Source: the human T2T-CHM13v2.0 reference genome, Homo sapiens. From it: DNA of 64,000 nt. Of the stretch, positions 1 to 15,479 are shown piece after piece. The translations under genes and the position numbers were made by a program. The stretch's first letter is position 1, and every line of letters starts with the position of its first letter. The DNA is taken from NCBI RefSeq assembly GCF_009914755.1, contig NC_060937.1; one strand, given 5' to 3'. The notes under the pieces were generated by a model. That model was not told where the DNA came from. It did not search any database and saw only the letters and a list, made by a program, of their open reading frames with translations.

Positions 1-293
1 AATACTCTAGGCCAGTGAGTCATGTGACTATCAGAAACATAACCTCAAAGGGCTGCCTTTCAGGGTCCCTCATCTGCAGTGCAAGTGGGCACACACAGTC
101 AAGACTCCATCCATCCTGTGCAGCGTTCTGAACCTTGGGGGACCAACTCACAATGAATTTTCAGCTTTGGTTGTCTCCTGCTACTTGGTTGTAAGTAATA
201 AAATTGTTTCATGTAACTTGTTACATATAAATGTGTTCTGTCTTACCGGATTTAGACAAGTTGGTAACCAGTGCACAGTGAACCTGTTTCACA
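1..293 (+). mobile_element. 3' part of an ERVL-class solo LTR (MER54/MER74-like)
   Basis: AATAAA near 197 and the terminus ...gacaagttggtaaccagtgcacagtgaacctgtttcaCA resemble recalled MER54/MER74 LTR ends; truncated by the window edge. Confidence 0.55.
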
Positions 294-625
294 ATCAGAT
301 ATTAAAAGCACCAGAGAGAGCAAAATATCTAAAAGAATATATTATTTTAACAGGAGAATTCTCACTAGTAACAGTAAACCCAAGAAACAGTAGAATTATA
401 TCTTTAATTTGCTGAAAGTATCAACCAATAATTATATTCTAAGCTACGTTGTCATTTAAAATAGCAATATAAAGACATTTTCAGAAAAATAAAAACTGAA
501 ATAGCCCACCACCAATAAATGGCTTATTAAAGATACTCTAAATAATATACTTGAAGGAAGAAATTGAAACCAGAAAGAAAGTCTAAGATGCAAGAAGAAA
601 TGGCAAAGAGACTGGTAAACTGGCT
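294..625 (+). mobile_element. Ancient L1M fragment (ORF1 3' region)
   Basis: A-rich strand; aaagacattttcaga and gatgcaagaagaaatg motifs typical of old L1 ORF1 ends. Confidence 0.55.
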
Positions 626-989
626 AGTAAACCAACTTCTTATACTAAGCCTCAACTTTCCTCTTCATCTCCCTCTAGTTATCTTTTTTTGAATGTAATT
701 CCAACTTTATTACAGAACATACAAATATCATTTAACTTTACCCTTTGAAATGTGCTGGGATATGGTTTATACAACCTAGCATACTGTTGGTTTTTTTAAT
801 GTTCCATAAGCAAACAAATGATCAGATAGTCTTTACCTGAATATCTGACACCTGTTTGGTGTAGGCCCTCTATATGTAAATAAATATATATAAAATATTT
901 ATATATAAAAGAGACAAAATGTAAATTGTTTTGTTCAAATTTCTATATTCTTCTTAATGTCTTTGTCTTTGTGTTCTATCAGTTACTAA

Positions 990-3900
990 GAGAGGTAGGT
1001 TAAAAACGCCAGCTCTGTGCTTTTGCTGTAGGGTGGTTGCATTGGGCAATAGTAGGTAAACATTCCTTCTGCAAACACTATAAAATACTGGACACATTGC
1101 AAAGATCATATAAAAGGTTTTGAAATCAACAAGAATTAGACTATCTAAAATTCCAGAGATGGAAAATTCATTCCTAAGTAAGTTAGTAATTTCTGTCTTC
1201 TTCCATGAAGTCAAGTGATAATTTTGAGTTTAGGCTGACTCAGACTTGGCACAAGCAGAGGGCTTCTGCTAGAGATGAGAACAATCAGAAGAGCATTTGG
1301 ATATCAAGCAGAGCTGGCAGAACAAACTAGACAGTAGAGAAGCCCCAATCACAAGGCTAATTTTACCCACAGTTCTTTATTGAGTTCTTAGGCATTGCAA
1401 GAGGGAGAGAGCTATGCTAGAGAGGCCGTGTAAAATCTACCCCAATTTTGTGGTGTGGAGGAGACAAAACTTCCTCTGAAGGAAGAAGGTCAGCAAGAAA
1501 CATATAATTGGTATGCTCTTAACATATTTTGAACATATTTGAAGCCAGGGCCTAACGAATAGAGCTCAGAATCTTGGAAAAAAGAATGTTCAATGTGGAG
1601 ACAAATTCCACCAGGCTTTCAATGGCCTTGGAGGGCCATATTCATGGAGGATTTCAGATCAGAAAGGCCTAGTGAAATTTCCTGCAGTTCATGGTGCTTA
1701 GGAAAAGTACCATGTCCCCTTCATAATATTTGCCAGATTTTAAATCTGTAAAAAGTAGGAGTCCAGAGATTTCAGTTCAAATCTCCAAAGGATGGAACTT
1801 CCAGGGTAGAAATAAGGGAGATCCATCAAGTTCTCAAAACAAACAAACAAATACATAAAAAACACTAGATAGGGATTAGGGAAGCAGGAATTCCCAAGGA
1901 ACAAGAAAAACTAAAGAGAAACTGAATTTTTTTCAGCGATATCTCCAATCTGTTCTTTATCTGATAGGTGAGATCAGTAGCTCACACTTTCTGCCTAACA
2001 GAGGAAGTAAGAAATACTCATTGGTGAAAAATATTATCTGGGGCTTCTACATTATTTTATGCACAACTTGTGACATATGATTGAAAAAACAGAAGACAAA
2101 CAAACTATGGAAGTCAGTAATTAGGAAAAGACATTTTTGAAGTACACAAAAAAAACCCCACAAAAAATACTGCCAACTTAGAATTTTATTCCTGGTTTAA
2201 GAAAGTCTTTAAAAATAAGATGGAATTTTAAAGGAATGTGTTCAGGCAAATAAAAGTAGAACAATTTTGTCATCAGTTGACACGCATAATAAAAAATAGT
2301 GAAGGAAGTTTTTATGCTAAAGAAAAATGATCCCAAATGGAAGCATGGAATAAATTGAAGAATTAAAAAGTACTGAAAATGGCACACATTTGGATAAATA
2401 TAAAGGAATATTGAGTGTTTCTAAATTATGAATAATAAAGTTTTATGCAGTTTATGACTTATGTTGAAGTCAAAATATGTGACAACATTAGCTCAAAGGA
2501 AAATAGGGAGCTAAATGGCATTAAATTGCTGTATTCTATTTTACCATTAGAAAGTGGTAAAATCACTAAGCTAAATTAACCATTACAAATCTGCTATGCA
2601 GTTGATGTCTCTGCTATAGTCACTATAAAATTAATATAATAATAGCAAACTAAATAGCTAAAGATGAGAAAAATAGAAACAAAGAACAACTAACTCATCC
2701 GATATAGATCAAAAGAGAATTAATAAACAAAGAACAGAGAAGAGAAACAAAAAGTAAGATAGTGCACTTAAACCCAACTCTATCAATAACGTTAACTGTA
2801 AAAGGACTAAACATTCCAACTAAAAGGCAAAGTTTATTAGAGAACGGAAACAAAACAGAACAAAGCCAAACCCAATCAAATGCTGTTTACAGTAAAGATA
2901 CTATAAATTTATGTGCATACGTTTAAAATAAAAGGTTAGAAAATGACACACTATACAATCATCAAAAGCACTCTGTAATGGCTTTATGAGACAAAATAAA
3001 TTTTCAGGGTAGAATGATGCTAGAAATGACAAAAGGAAAATGTCAATAGGAAAGCATAACTATTCTAAATTCATATAAACTTATTAATAAGACTTAAAAT
3101 ATACAAAGCAAAAATTGACAGAACCTTAAAAAAGCAACAAAAAACCCTCAATCATAGTTGGAGATTTTATTATTTTTCACTAATTGATAGAATAAGGGAA
3201 AAAGATATTAGCAAAGATAAAGAAAATTTGAACAATAGTATTAAAAGTTAGGCCTAGTTGATTTTGATAAAACATATAAACAATAATTATAGAATGCACA
3301 TTTTAAAAATCCACATGAAACATTTACATTAATGGATTCTATTCTGGGACACAAGAATAGTCTTAATACATTTTCAAGAATTGCAATTCTTGGAAAGTTT
3401 TTGTCTGAGTGCATCCTCTGACCAAAATGTACTTAAATTAGAAACCATTAACATAAAGATAACTAGAAAATTTCAGGATACAAATTTATAGCTACAAAAA
3501 ATATATTAGAAAAGAAAATTGATGATCATTCTCAAGATTTTATCTCAAAATTCTGTAAAAAAAAATCAGATGAAACCCAAAGAAAGTGTAATAGGAACTT
3601 AGAAAAATAAGTGTAGAAAATGATAAAACAGAAACCTAACACAAAATTGTTAATAAAAATAGGCAAGATCAGAAGCTTTTACTTTCAAAGTAGATCTATT
3701 TCTAGCAAGACTAATTTAGAAAAAATAGAAAGCAAAAAACATTATTAAAAATATAAAATAAAACATTAATGATAATTTTACAGATCTTAAAAAAGAATAT
3801 TATGAAAAATTTTACATCAATAAATTTAATAGCTCAAATTGAATAGACTAATTAACTGAAAAGTATAGAGAAACAGAAATAATGAATAGTCCAATTTCTG

Positions 3901-5830
3901 TTAAAAGACTAGAATCCTTAATTTAAAAAATAAAGTAGTAATAGCAATAATATACAATTATTACTCAGAGAACAGAGGAATGTAACACTTTCCACAGGTC
4001 GATATTCCCCATAAACACAAAAATCCTAAACAAAGTATGAGTAAATATTGCTGAATCCTGTTACATATGAAATATGTTATATATAACATGATTAAATGAG
4101 CTTTTTTTTTTCCCCAGGAATACAGGATTAATTGATATTTAAAAACCAATCAGTGAAAATTACCATATTAACAAAAGAGAAGGAAAATACAATTTCTTTC
4201 AATAGACACAGAATTTTTAAATAAAATGTAATATTCATTCTAGGTTCTTAAAAATCAGTAAAGTAAGAATAGAAATTCCTCAATCTGGTAAAGTTTGTCA
4301 AGAAAATATTTAATTTAACATCATCTGTGTGGTGAAGTATTGAACACTTTTTTTCTTGTGGTTAGAACCAAGGAAAAGGTGCCTTCTATCACATCTTCTA
4401 TTCAGCATTGTGACTGAAATCTTAGTTGGTGCAATAAGGCAGGAAAAGAAAATGAAATAAAGGTATGAAGACTGGGATATATAAAGTAAAACTATCTTTC
4501 TTGGTAAATGGCATGATTGTGTATATTAAAAATCTAAAACAATATAGGAGCCATTAGAATAAATAAGTGTATTTTCTTAATACAATGAAAATAAATTGTA
4601 TTTCTGTTTACTATCAATAAATAATCAAAAATAGAATTTAGGAAATTATTCACAATAGTGTTTAAAAGATGAAATATTTGGAGATAATGAAGCAACATCG
4701 TTGTCTGGGGTAAATACCAGAGATTCGTCATCTCATGCTAAGGAAATCAAGGACACAGACACACAAGAAGTGAGTTTAAGAGCAGTGGTTTAATAGGCAA
4801 GAGAAAAGAGAAAATCTCACTCCCTCCTAAAGAGAGAGAGGGGCTCCTGAGGGGTGTCTTCTGTTCCATGGTAAAATGCACAGGGTTTTATAGACCAGTT
4901 GAGGAGGCAGTGTCTGATTTACATAGGGCATGAGAGATTGGGTGGACCAAGTGTGCTGTTTGCATAGCACACGAAGAAGCTGGCCATCCCATCTTAGTCT
5001 TTTATTATGCAGATGAGGTGTCTACCTGGCCGGTGCCAAGTTGCTTGTTCCTGTACTGCACACATGGTTGACAAAGAGAAAGGAAGATGAAGCTCCCATG
5101 TTGAACATGCCTGGCTTCCAGGTATCCCTTTTCTATTGGCACAGCTGCTGGCATTTACCTATGCAAGCTTTTAGCTTGCTTATCTGTGCACACAGCTTGA
5201 TTTTTCAGGCTGCTTTTTGTTTGAAAAGAAATGATTTGGGGGGCTGCTTTTTATTAAAAGGAAATCTTACTGAAGACTCTCTTACCATCACTATCTGTCT
5301 AAATAATTTATATCTAGCTCCTGTATCAATAATTCCAGTGAAAAAATGCAAAAAAAAAAAAAATCCACAAAACCATACTGAAAGAAATTAAAAGAAATAT
5401 AAATTAACATAGAGACGTATCATGAATTGTAAGACAATATTGCTAAAATGTCAGTTCCATTCAAAGGATCTAGACTGGCCAAGGCAATATTGAAGAAGTC
5501 AAAGATAAAAACTTAAAACAATCAGATATTAAAACTTACTATAACCCTAATGTAATTGGTATTGGTTGAGGATAGGCAAATAGAGCAATAAAAGAGAATA
5601 AAGAGTCCAAAAACAGACCCATACATATAAAGTCATCCCCTTTTTTTTTTTAACCAAAATAGAGCTGTAAAAAGAAAAAAGGATTTCTTATCAATAAATA
5701 ACACTGAGTCAATTAGATATTCATATAGAAAATAAATAAACTCTGATCCCTACCTCACACTATTCATAAAAGATGATTTGAGTTGGATCATACACTTAAA
5801 TATAAAAGGTCATGCACTGAAGCTTCTAGA
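990..5830 (+). mobile_element. Long, heavily decayed ancient LINE-1 (L1M/L1ME-type): 5' region, ORF1 remnant, ORF2 remnant; interrupted by an LTR
   Basis: Strong A skew; EN-start-like text near 2770 (LTVKGLNIPTKRQ); RT-region-like tcacatcttctattcagcattgtg...gcaataaggcaggaaaagaaa (4390-4450); many stops and frameshifts. Confidence 0.75.
4688..5328 (-). mobile_element. ERV1 solo LTR, LTR9 family-like (641 bp)
   Basis: Minus strand begins TGATACAGGAGCTAG and ends ...cccagacaacgatgttgcttCA; 4-bp TSD ATAA at 4684-4687 and 5329-5332. Confidence 0.8.
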
Positions 5831-6209
5831 ATTAAATAACTGCCTGTATTAATAATTGCAGTTTTAAAATATCTCAGCAGATTCTTCAACACTCCTCACT
5901 TAAAAAGGTGAAGTCTGATTCCCCTCCCTTCGAATGTGGGCCAGACTTACCATCTTGTTTCTAATGAACAGAATGTGCTGGAAGTGATGCTCTGTGACTT
6001 TTACAGCAAGCTTTTTAAAAATCAAAATAACTTCTGCCTGGTTCCTAGGTGACAAGTGCCTTTGCATACTCGAGCCACCACGTAAGAATCCTGGCTATCA
6101 GGAGGCCATCCTGCTGGAGAGACCATGTGGAGAGACCACACAGTAATGGGGGAGATGTCTAAAGAGCCCCACTCGCAATTCCAGCCCCAGCTGTCTAATT
6201 CCTCTCATT

Positions 6210-6995
<786 letters not shown>

Positions 6996-7459
6996 GTAGG
7001 AGATGTAAGTGAAAATGCCCTTGAGGTGACCCTAGCCCCAGTCACCACTTGGCTGCAACCTCCTCATGAGAGACAGAAGCCAGAACTGCCGAGCTGAGTC
7101 ACCAAATTCCTGTCCCACATACCACGAGAGATAATAAATATTTGCTATGTTTTATACCCCCAAAGTTTTGGTAAAAACTCCCTGGCGAGTTTTTCTAGGC
7201 AATATGAAGAAAATTGAGATAGAACAAATGAGCTTGACACAAACTTAAAATTATTTCTTCTAAAACACTGTTTTGTTCTAAAGAGTATGTTCTTTCTATT
7301 CTTTTGGTGCAAACATACTCTATTAGGAAATTATATTTAAAGCACACTATGGCTCATGCTTTCTTAATAGTCTGACTTGCAAAAAGGCAAAATTAATAAT
7401 CTCTGTCCATTTCACATTTTAAAAAGTATTGCTTTGAAATTTGCAAGTCAGGGAACTAC

Positions 7460-7902
7460 TGTTTATAGGATAAAGTCTAGCTTCATCAGCCTGCACGCAA
7501 AGCCCCCTATAATCCTGCTGTACCTCCTTCTGTGGCTGCTTCTCCTGCTACAACTCTCTGCACTTATGTCTCAATATTTCTACGCCACTGATTTCCTCAC
7601 ACATAACATTCTGTTTTGCTAGACGATGCCTCTGTGTATTCCATTTGTTTGCCTTTGTTTTTTCCTCAGACTACTTTCCCCCGTCTGAAAACCTCAAGTT
7701 TAAGGAAACTTATTCCCTTCTCCACTTTGTGAATATCTGTATCTTAGCATTTAATGTTTTTATCGAAGTGTTCTGTTTATACGTATGTCTCAGCTACTAA
7801 ACAGTAAGGTCAATAAGGACACAATTTTTAAATCCTTATTTTTTTTGAAATTTGCAGAAGATGTGGAATAAAATAGGTGCTCCAGAAATGTTTGCCAATT
7901 TA
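7460..7902 (+). mobile_element. L2 3' fragment
   Basis: ggataaagtctagcttc...; ends taggtgctccagaaatgtttg, resembling the L2 tail. Confidence 0.55.
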
Positions 7903-8039
7903 TAGATAAGTTCTGAAATGCAAATAGAAATGTAGGTCTGCTGAGTGTCCCCATCTGGTTTAAATTTCAGTCCAACAGTGTAATCCCCACTTCTTGTGTG
8001 GTGATGCTTTAACTGTTTCTATTTTTAGGTAGACTTGTC

Positions 8040-8280
8040 TCTCTGACAAGTCTTTCTTTGATGAGTCCAATCTTCTTCCCTTAACTTCTACCACAAGGCC
8101 CCATTCTGCCCTCTGGAGTCATGAGATAAAGTCTGTCTCTCTTATGTAATAGTGTTTCAGATAGTTAATGCTGGTGAGTGGGTTTCCATTTAGTCCCCTC
8201 CTCCGCAGACTAATTGAACTCTTCTTGTCAATTTTTCATTGACAGCCTTTTTAAGCCTTCCATACCCAGTCACCATCTGT
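8040..8280 (-). mobile_element. L3/CR1 fragment
   Basis: ccattctgccctctggagtc...aagtctg...ttcagatagtt resembles the recalled L3 antisense consensus. Confidence 0.55.
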
Positions 8281-8284
8281 GTTG

Positions 8285-9132
<848 letters not shown>

Positions 9133-9489
9133 TTAGGGTAATTGAGGATTGGGTGTATTTTTTAAGGTGCCTCATTGGTACTATAGGTTTATTTCATTCT
9201 TAACAACGAACAAAAACAATTTATTTCCCTCCTTCTGCTATTCAGCTAGGTCTATACTAAAACTATACAGTTGTATTCTGAAATTGAATGAAGAATGTTT
9301 CATTTACTCCAATAAAGTTCATCATAAGTATCCTGGTCCATCATTTCAATACTTTGATTTTTTTTTTGAAACTTAATTTCCTCATCCAATACATTCACTA
9401 GTCATCTAAAATTTGCATATCTGCAATTTTGATGAGTCTTTTATGACTCGATAAGGGAGGCATACATATAAGCCTATAATTGGGTGTAA

Positions 9490-9810
9490 GTGAGACAAGT
9501 ATGTTAGGGAAGCTATGTACAGGGATAGGAACTTTGGGGAACATGCATCTGGCTCACCTTGTAGATTCTAGAAGGTACAAGAACTGCAGAGAAGGTGATA
9601 TTGATGTTTATCAGTAAAGAGGAGATGAACTTCTCCTGAGAGACCATACTGAAAAAAGAAGTAATAGAATAAGAAAGGCCCAGAGATGTGATCGACTGAG
9701 AAATGCTGTGACCCAGCAAGTCAAACATCCAGAGCAAGCAGCAGGAGGGGAGGCAAGAAGTGGTGAAAGTTTATCTGGGAAGTTTGAACTTTACTTCTGA
9801 GTGATAGTCT
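9490..9810 (-). mobile_element. Probable L2 fragment
   Basis: Purine-rich degenerate text (gagaaggtgatattga..., aagtttgaactttacttctga) typical of antisense L2. Confidence 0.4.
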
Positions 9811-11194
9811 TTAGAGACAGACACTAACAACAGAGATATATTGGAAAGATTTTTCCCATAACTGTCTTTAAAATTTACAACTACATTTTTATTCTCAACT
9901 ACGGTTGAGTAGAAAATAGATGAGAGGAGATGATTCAAGACCTTCCTTCTTCTGTACCATGTGATCCTATTTCCCTTCAGATGTAATGACCATATGTCTC
10001 ATGTTTTTCCAAGAATCTTTGAATTTCAAATAATCTATCTTGGGCTGCCCAAAGTATTCTCAGACTTGTCAGTCTATGTGTCCTGATTTTTTTTTTTCCA
10101 GAAAAGGTAGTCACTGGGCCTCCAATCACACAAGTATTGCAGTATCACATAAGTGGTTCTTTCATCATGTTTTTTTCAGGTCTATCTAGGGAGTGAGCAG
10201 ATCTGCAGTGTGATTTAGAGAGCCAAAGAACACCATGCTTGCCATTCTTTGTATTTAATGACAACGAGAAATTCCGGTAATGAAAGGGGTAAGCAACAGC
10301 ACAGCCTGTAAGCTTGTATTTTTAGCCTGTGTACAAGAGGCTCACAACCTTAATTTTCACAGCAACATAAATATTATGAGTATAATTAACCATGAATATT
10401 TGATGAAGTTTGAGAGCATTATCTACACTTGCTTAATATCGCTGGATGTCATTCTAAATTCTGGATGCTTTTTAAGTATGGAAATATTCTCTTTGTGCTG
10501 CCAAATTTCTAAACAAATGCCTGGTGGAAAATTACACCTTAGCCAGAATAATAACCCAAGTAAATAGGTAATAATGGGTTTGTATTTTGCATATTAGCTT
10601 GACATACGGCGTTAAAATGTCCCAGGACATTAAATACTGAGTTTTTATAAAGAGAATTGAAATAGGCATAATAACCATGATTTATCCAAGAGACTGATGC
10701 ATTACAGAAGAGTATTTTTTATATGTGAAAAAGAAATTTGTGCCCTGTTAGAATGCCAGGTATTCTCAAGTTGAAAATACACTAATTTGTAGTAAGCAAC
10801 TGAATACGTATAGAATCTGTGGATGCAAACCTTGGTGGTCCACTATGTGCCTAGGGCAACTTAAAGCCAATCAGAAAGCAAGATGTGTGCTTACTGCAAA
10901 ATTTTTCCTGATTTTGCTTTTTTGAAAATAAGAAAAAAAGTCTTCTTCAAAATATGCATTTTCTTTATTTGCACATTTTGTGAGTTACACTAAAAAGGGA
11001 ATGGTCTCTAACAAAATGTGTTTTAAATGTTAAGGCCAAGTACAGCCATGTGCACTACCACAGACTTTCTTAGTCCTCAGAGGCAATTTTCTTCTTTGTG
11101 TCCATTGATAAACTCCTAAGCCTGTTGGGTAAGACTTGATGCTTCCCGTGACCTAGGCTCTGAGGATGTCTTAGATTGGCAGACTCTGGTAGAT

Positions 11195-11720
11195 ATGGTG
11201 GCTTAAAGATGGCTGCAGATTATTTTCTAGTTCTCCCACTGAGCGGAAGAGCCCAATATTCCTCTATCTGAATCTGGTCTAACCTTTGAAATGCTTGATT
11301 AATAAAGTATGGAGGAAGTGAGGCTTATGCTATTTCAATCTAGCACTTAAGAGGATCAGAAGCTTCCACCTTGCTTTCTGGAACCACTGATTAAGCTGAA
11401 GCAATCTTTCTCCAAGTAATCCCAGGCCGCATGGAGAGGCCACATGTAGGTGCTCTTGTGAACAGGTGAAATTGCTCCAAGGGTCAGCATCAACTTCCAG
11501 CCATGTAAATGAGTCCAGTGACCTTGGACATCCAGCCCAGTCAAGCCTTCAGCTGACTCTGCCCCAGTCACCATCAGACAGACATGGCATAAAGAAGACC
11601 AAGCAAGAACTGCTCAGCTGAGCCCAGGTTTTCCACAGAACCATGGGGATAATCATGAATTATCATTTGCACCATTAACTTGTGCAGCAAATTGTACTGT
11701 AGCTATAGATAACTAAAGCA
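11195..11720 (+). mobile_element. MaLR LTR (MLT1H-like)
   Basis: aagatggctgca start; ggagaggccacatgtaggtgctc; ccagcccagtcaagccttcag; atagataactaaagCA end. Confidence 0.8.
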
Positions 11721-11914
11721 GTAGGGGCAATGAAAATGTATCATAAATTTGAGAGATTTTTGCCTCCTCCTTTCCTGTTTCCCTCCCATCTTCCCTTAGT
11801 CACAAGTGAATGGGAACATCTAGCACAAGTATGGTCAGAGAACAAGCCTCAGATAAACACACTTGAAAGACATAGTAGAGAATTTAGAGACCGCTGATAC
11901 CCATTGGTGCCTAC

Positions 11915-12140
11915 AGCTTGTAGCACATAGTATTGTGAGATCCTGGGCTCTGGAGTCAGAGCTACCTTAGTTAAAACCTAGCACAAATCCCTACCAGCCA
12001 TGGGTTCCTAGGTAATTTACATCATCTTTCTGTGTTCAGGTTTCCTCACCTAAACCATAATGGACAAAGTGTATGTAAATCTCTTTAGAATAATAGTGCT
12101 GACATATAAGAAGAGGTCAATAAACCTTAGTTATTATTGT
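11915..12140 (+). mobile_element. MIR
   Basis: ggctctggagtcaga; tctgtgttcaggtttcctcacct core; caataaaccttagttattatt tail. Confidence 0.8.
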
Positions 12141-12252
12141 GGTTGTTTTTGCTGTGATAGTGACAATGATACCTCGACACTCATAATTTGTATTTCCTAT
12201 GCCAATTTCTGGCCTTTTTTATGTCAGACTCTGGCTTCTTTGAATCAAATAA

Positions 12253-12644
<392 letters not shown>

Positions 12645-12759
12645 AAGGCTTTTTAAATATGTCATTTTGTATACAATATTTCAAATATATTTTATGTTTG
12701 TCGTTTTTATTTTTTAAGTGATTAAATACCAGAAAAATAAAATGCTTATAATGATAATA

Positions 12760-13405
12760 CAGTAGAAATTTCAACTAAACTCTGCTTAATTAATTAATGG
12801 GATTAATCATCACTCTCTATGCTGCCTGGAATTGTAATGACTGATGTGATGACTGATGTTTAGGGCTGAGGCTGGCCTGTGCTATATCTAAAATTCTGCA
12901 TATCAAGAATCAGTGGTGTTTGTTCACAAACCTATTTATGTCAATGTTCCTTATCATTATAATTACATAATTTAATCAAATATTATGCAATTTGTAATCT
13001 GTTAATGTTAAAATAGTATTATTTGTATAACAAATAAATGGAATATTTTGAAAAGAATATAGACAAGTCACTAAAATAATATCAAATTAGGTGAAAGTGA
13101 CACAACTGTAAAAAACTGGAAAGATAATCTAGAAGTATTTGGCATGCAGTTTCCTTCACAAGTATTTTTAAGTTCCTGCTGCTCTTTAAAGAAACAGAAA
13201 CTGGAAATGGTTGGGGTGGGGGTGCAATATAGATATGATTTAGGAACAAAGTGAATTCATTCAACGAAAAGCCTTGGCTCTATACCAAAAGATTGGCAAG
13301 TTAATGTAGGTTTTCGTTTCAAGCTATTTTTCACCACTTTAATCAACTGTATTTATTAACAGACCAGTCCCTAATCCTAGTTGTGTCTGATAAATGGACT
13401 TACCA
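12760..13405 (+). mobile_element. Tigger15a-like TcMar DNA transposon relic
   Basis: TA|CAGTAGAA start; aaaagccttggctctataccaaaagattggc near the 3' end matches my recall of Tigger15a. Confidence 0.6.
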
Positions 13406-13600
13406 GTGGTATGTGGGTAAATGCTCAACAAGCAATTCTCTGAGGATGGGAAGGACACCTTGATTTGTAGTATTTACCAGCTCCCATGGTGTAAATATTA
13501 TCACCATGGTTGATTTCAAGTTGTCATTGTGATATCAATCAGGTCACATAATTCCTAAAGATTTAACAGGGACTCTCTCAGGTTGGTACTATTCCAGAAG
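13403..13600. mobile_element. MER63-like hAT MITE
   Basis: ccagtggtatgtgggtaaatg...tgatttgtagtatttacc...catggtgtaaatattatcaccatggttgatttcaag. Confidence 0.65.
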
Positions 13601-14237
13601 AGGAGTCATCAGGGGATACTGAGAGTAGCCCATGTTTAGAGTCAGTGTTCATTTGAGTTCAACTACCTGACCAGTTGTTCTTCAGTGAAGAGAACTCACA
13701 AAACCTAAAAGACACACATGAAACATATGATTGTGGAAACATTATCAAATGTCATAAAAATGATAAGTTAAAACCAAGCTATATAAAATTTCTATGATCC
13801 AGACACAGAGTAAATTTCCATTGAAATGTTGATCAAGATTCTGCTTGATACAAAATATAAAACCAGTATTCAACCTTCTTTAGCAACATTTTTCAGCATA
13901 AAAAAATGTATTCATTATTCTGGCAAAATGAGGGCTGGTATGTTTCCTAAATCTCACCTCTTATTAACTTTGGGAAGTGAATTTATGTTGTTGGATGTTA
14001 ACGTTTGATTTATTAGTTATATTTTAAATAATCATGTAATATTGCATGACATTTGGGGATTTTCTTATATTTTTAGAGTTACAGGTACGGAAACACCACT
14101 CATGAGAATATCTACTTTTTATATTCAACATTCATATATACATATTTTCAGGAATGAATTATGTACAAAAGTAAGAAATGGATTATAATATTGTGAAAGG
14201 TCCCTTGTCTTTGAAGGATTAATTACTATACCCTTGG

Positions 14238-14284
14238 GTTCTGATTTAATAGAGTACAATGTTCTGATTTAATAGAGTACAATG
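14238..14284. repeat. Perfect 2 x 23-bp tandem duplication
   Basis: GTTCTGATTTAATAGAGTACAAT twice. Confidence 0.95.
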
Positions 14285-14864
14285 ATCAAGGAAAAGCAAA
14301 GAAGTTCCATAGAAAGAAAACTACTCCTATGAGCTTCTGCAAAGTCACACAGTACATTGTTAAGGGATACTGCTGACTCACCAGCCTTCTGCTTTCATTT
14401 GTTCTTCTGTAAGCATATGCATTATCCAAGCTTGCAGGAGAAATGTCACTAACAAATATTCTAACTATGTCACTCTATAAGAGTTTTAATATGAAAAGTC
14501 CCCAAGGCTAAATAAAGATGCTGCAGGTGGCACTATTTATCATGACGTACTTCTGAAGCGTAGTGATATTGGGCCACCTTACTGAACTCTAATGAACAAT
14601 GTTCCCAAGGCAGGAGAGCTCAGGGATGACCGGAATCCATGGCTTAGCAATCCCACTCTTCTTTTGCTAAACAGAAAATGAGATTGTGCTCCTCTTCCAT
14701 AGATAAGAAAACCCTCCCTCTACAACAGCCCTTACTCCCCTCTCCAGGCTCAAACCAAAGTGAAAGACCAGGAATAAATGCTAACACTGAAGTATGTTTT
14801 AACATTCAAAGACCTTTTTGCCACTAACATACAAAGACTCTGTGTGGAGTGGAGGTGTTTCATC

Positions 14865-15225
14865 CATAGGATCATAGGGTTGATTGTTTTTTAGATGGTG
14901 AAGTGGAAATCTAGAGAGCTGGAGTGACTTGCTCCTTCAGGACTGCCATGTTTAGTGGCAAGGTGTCTTGATACTTAGTGTAGTACTTGCTTCTACTTTT
15001 TTATTCCAGTGGAAGAGATGCCCACTTATGTGAACTACCTGGGACTGATTTTCTTCTCTCTCTTTTATATTTTCATGGAATAAGGGTTCTGCTACCCCAA
15101 GATACAATTAACACTCAGAGAGGCTTCAACTTATACAAGTTCACTCAGATAGTCAGTAGCAGAGTTGAGATTTCAACCTAGGTTTACCTGATTTCAAACT
15201 CCATGGACTTTCAACTACACATATT
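14865..15225 (-). mobile_element. Two MIR fragments (about 14865-14980 and 15090-15225)
   Basis: tttagatggtgaagtggaaatctagagag...gtgacttgc; actcagagagg...cagagttgagatttcaacctagg. Confidence 0.55.
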
Positions 15226-15479
15226 AACTCTAAGAATAACCGTGGTCCTGGTGACCTGCCTGCAAGCGTCTCAGGGTGGGATGGCAGTCATGGTGATGTA
15301 CAGGCACTGCCCACTTGTCTCCAGCATGTGTACAGGCCTTGCCTTTCTTTCCAGGTCTCCCTGAGTTATGCCTCAGCTCACTAAAGCAAAAACTTCACTT
15401 CTTTCTCCACCTGGGTAAGTTTTCAATGGCCCTGCACAGAAGTTTAAGTTTTGAAATTCCATCTTTATTCTATGCCACA

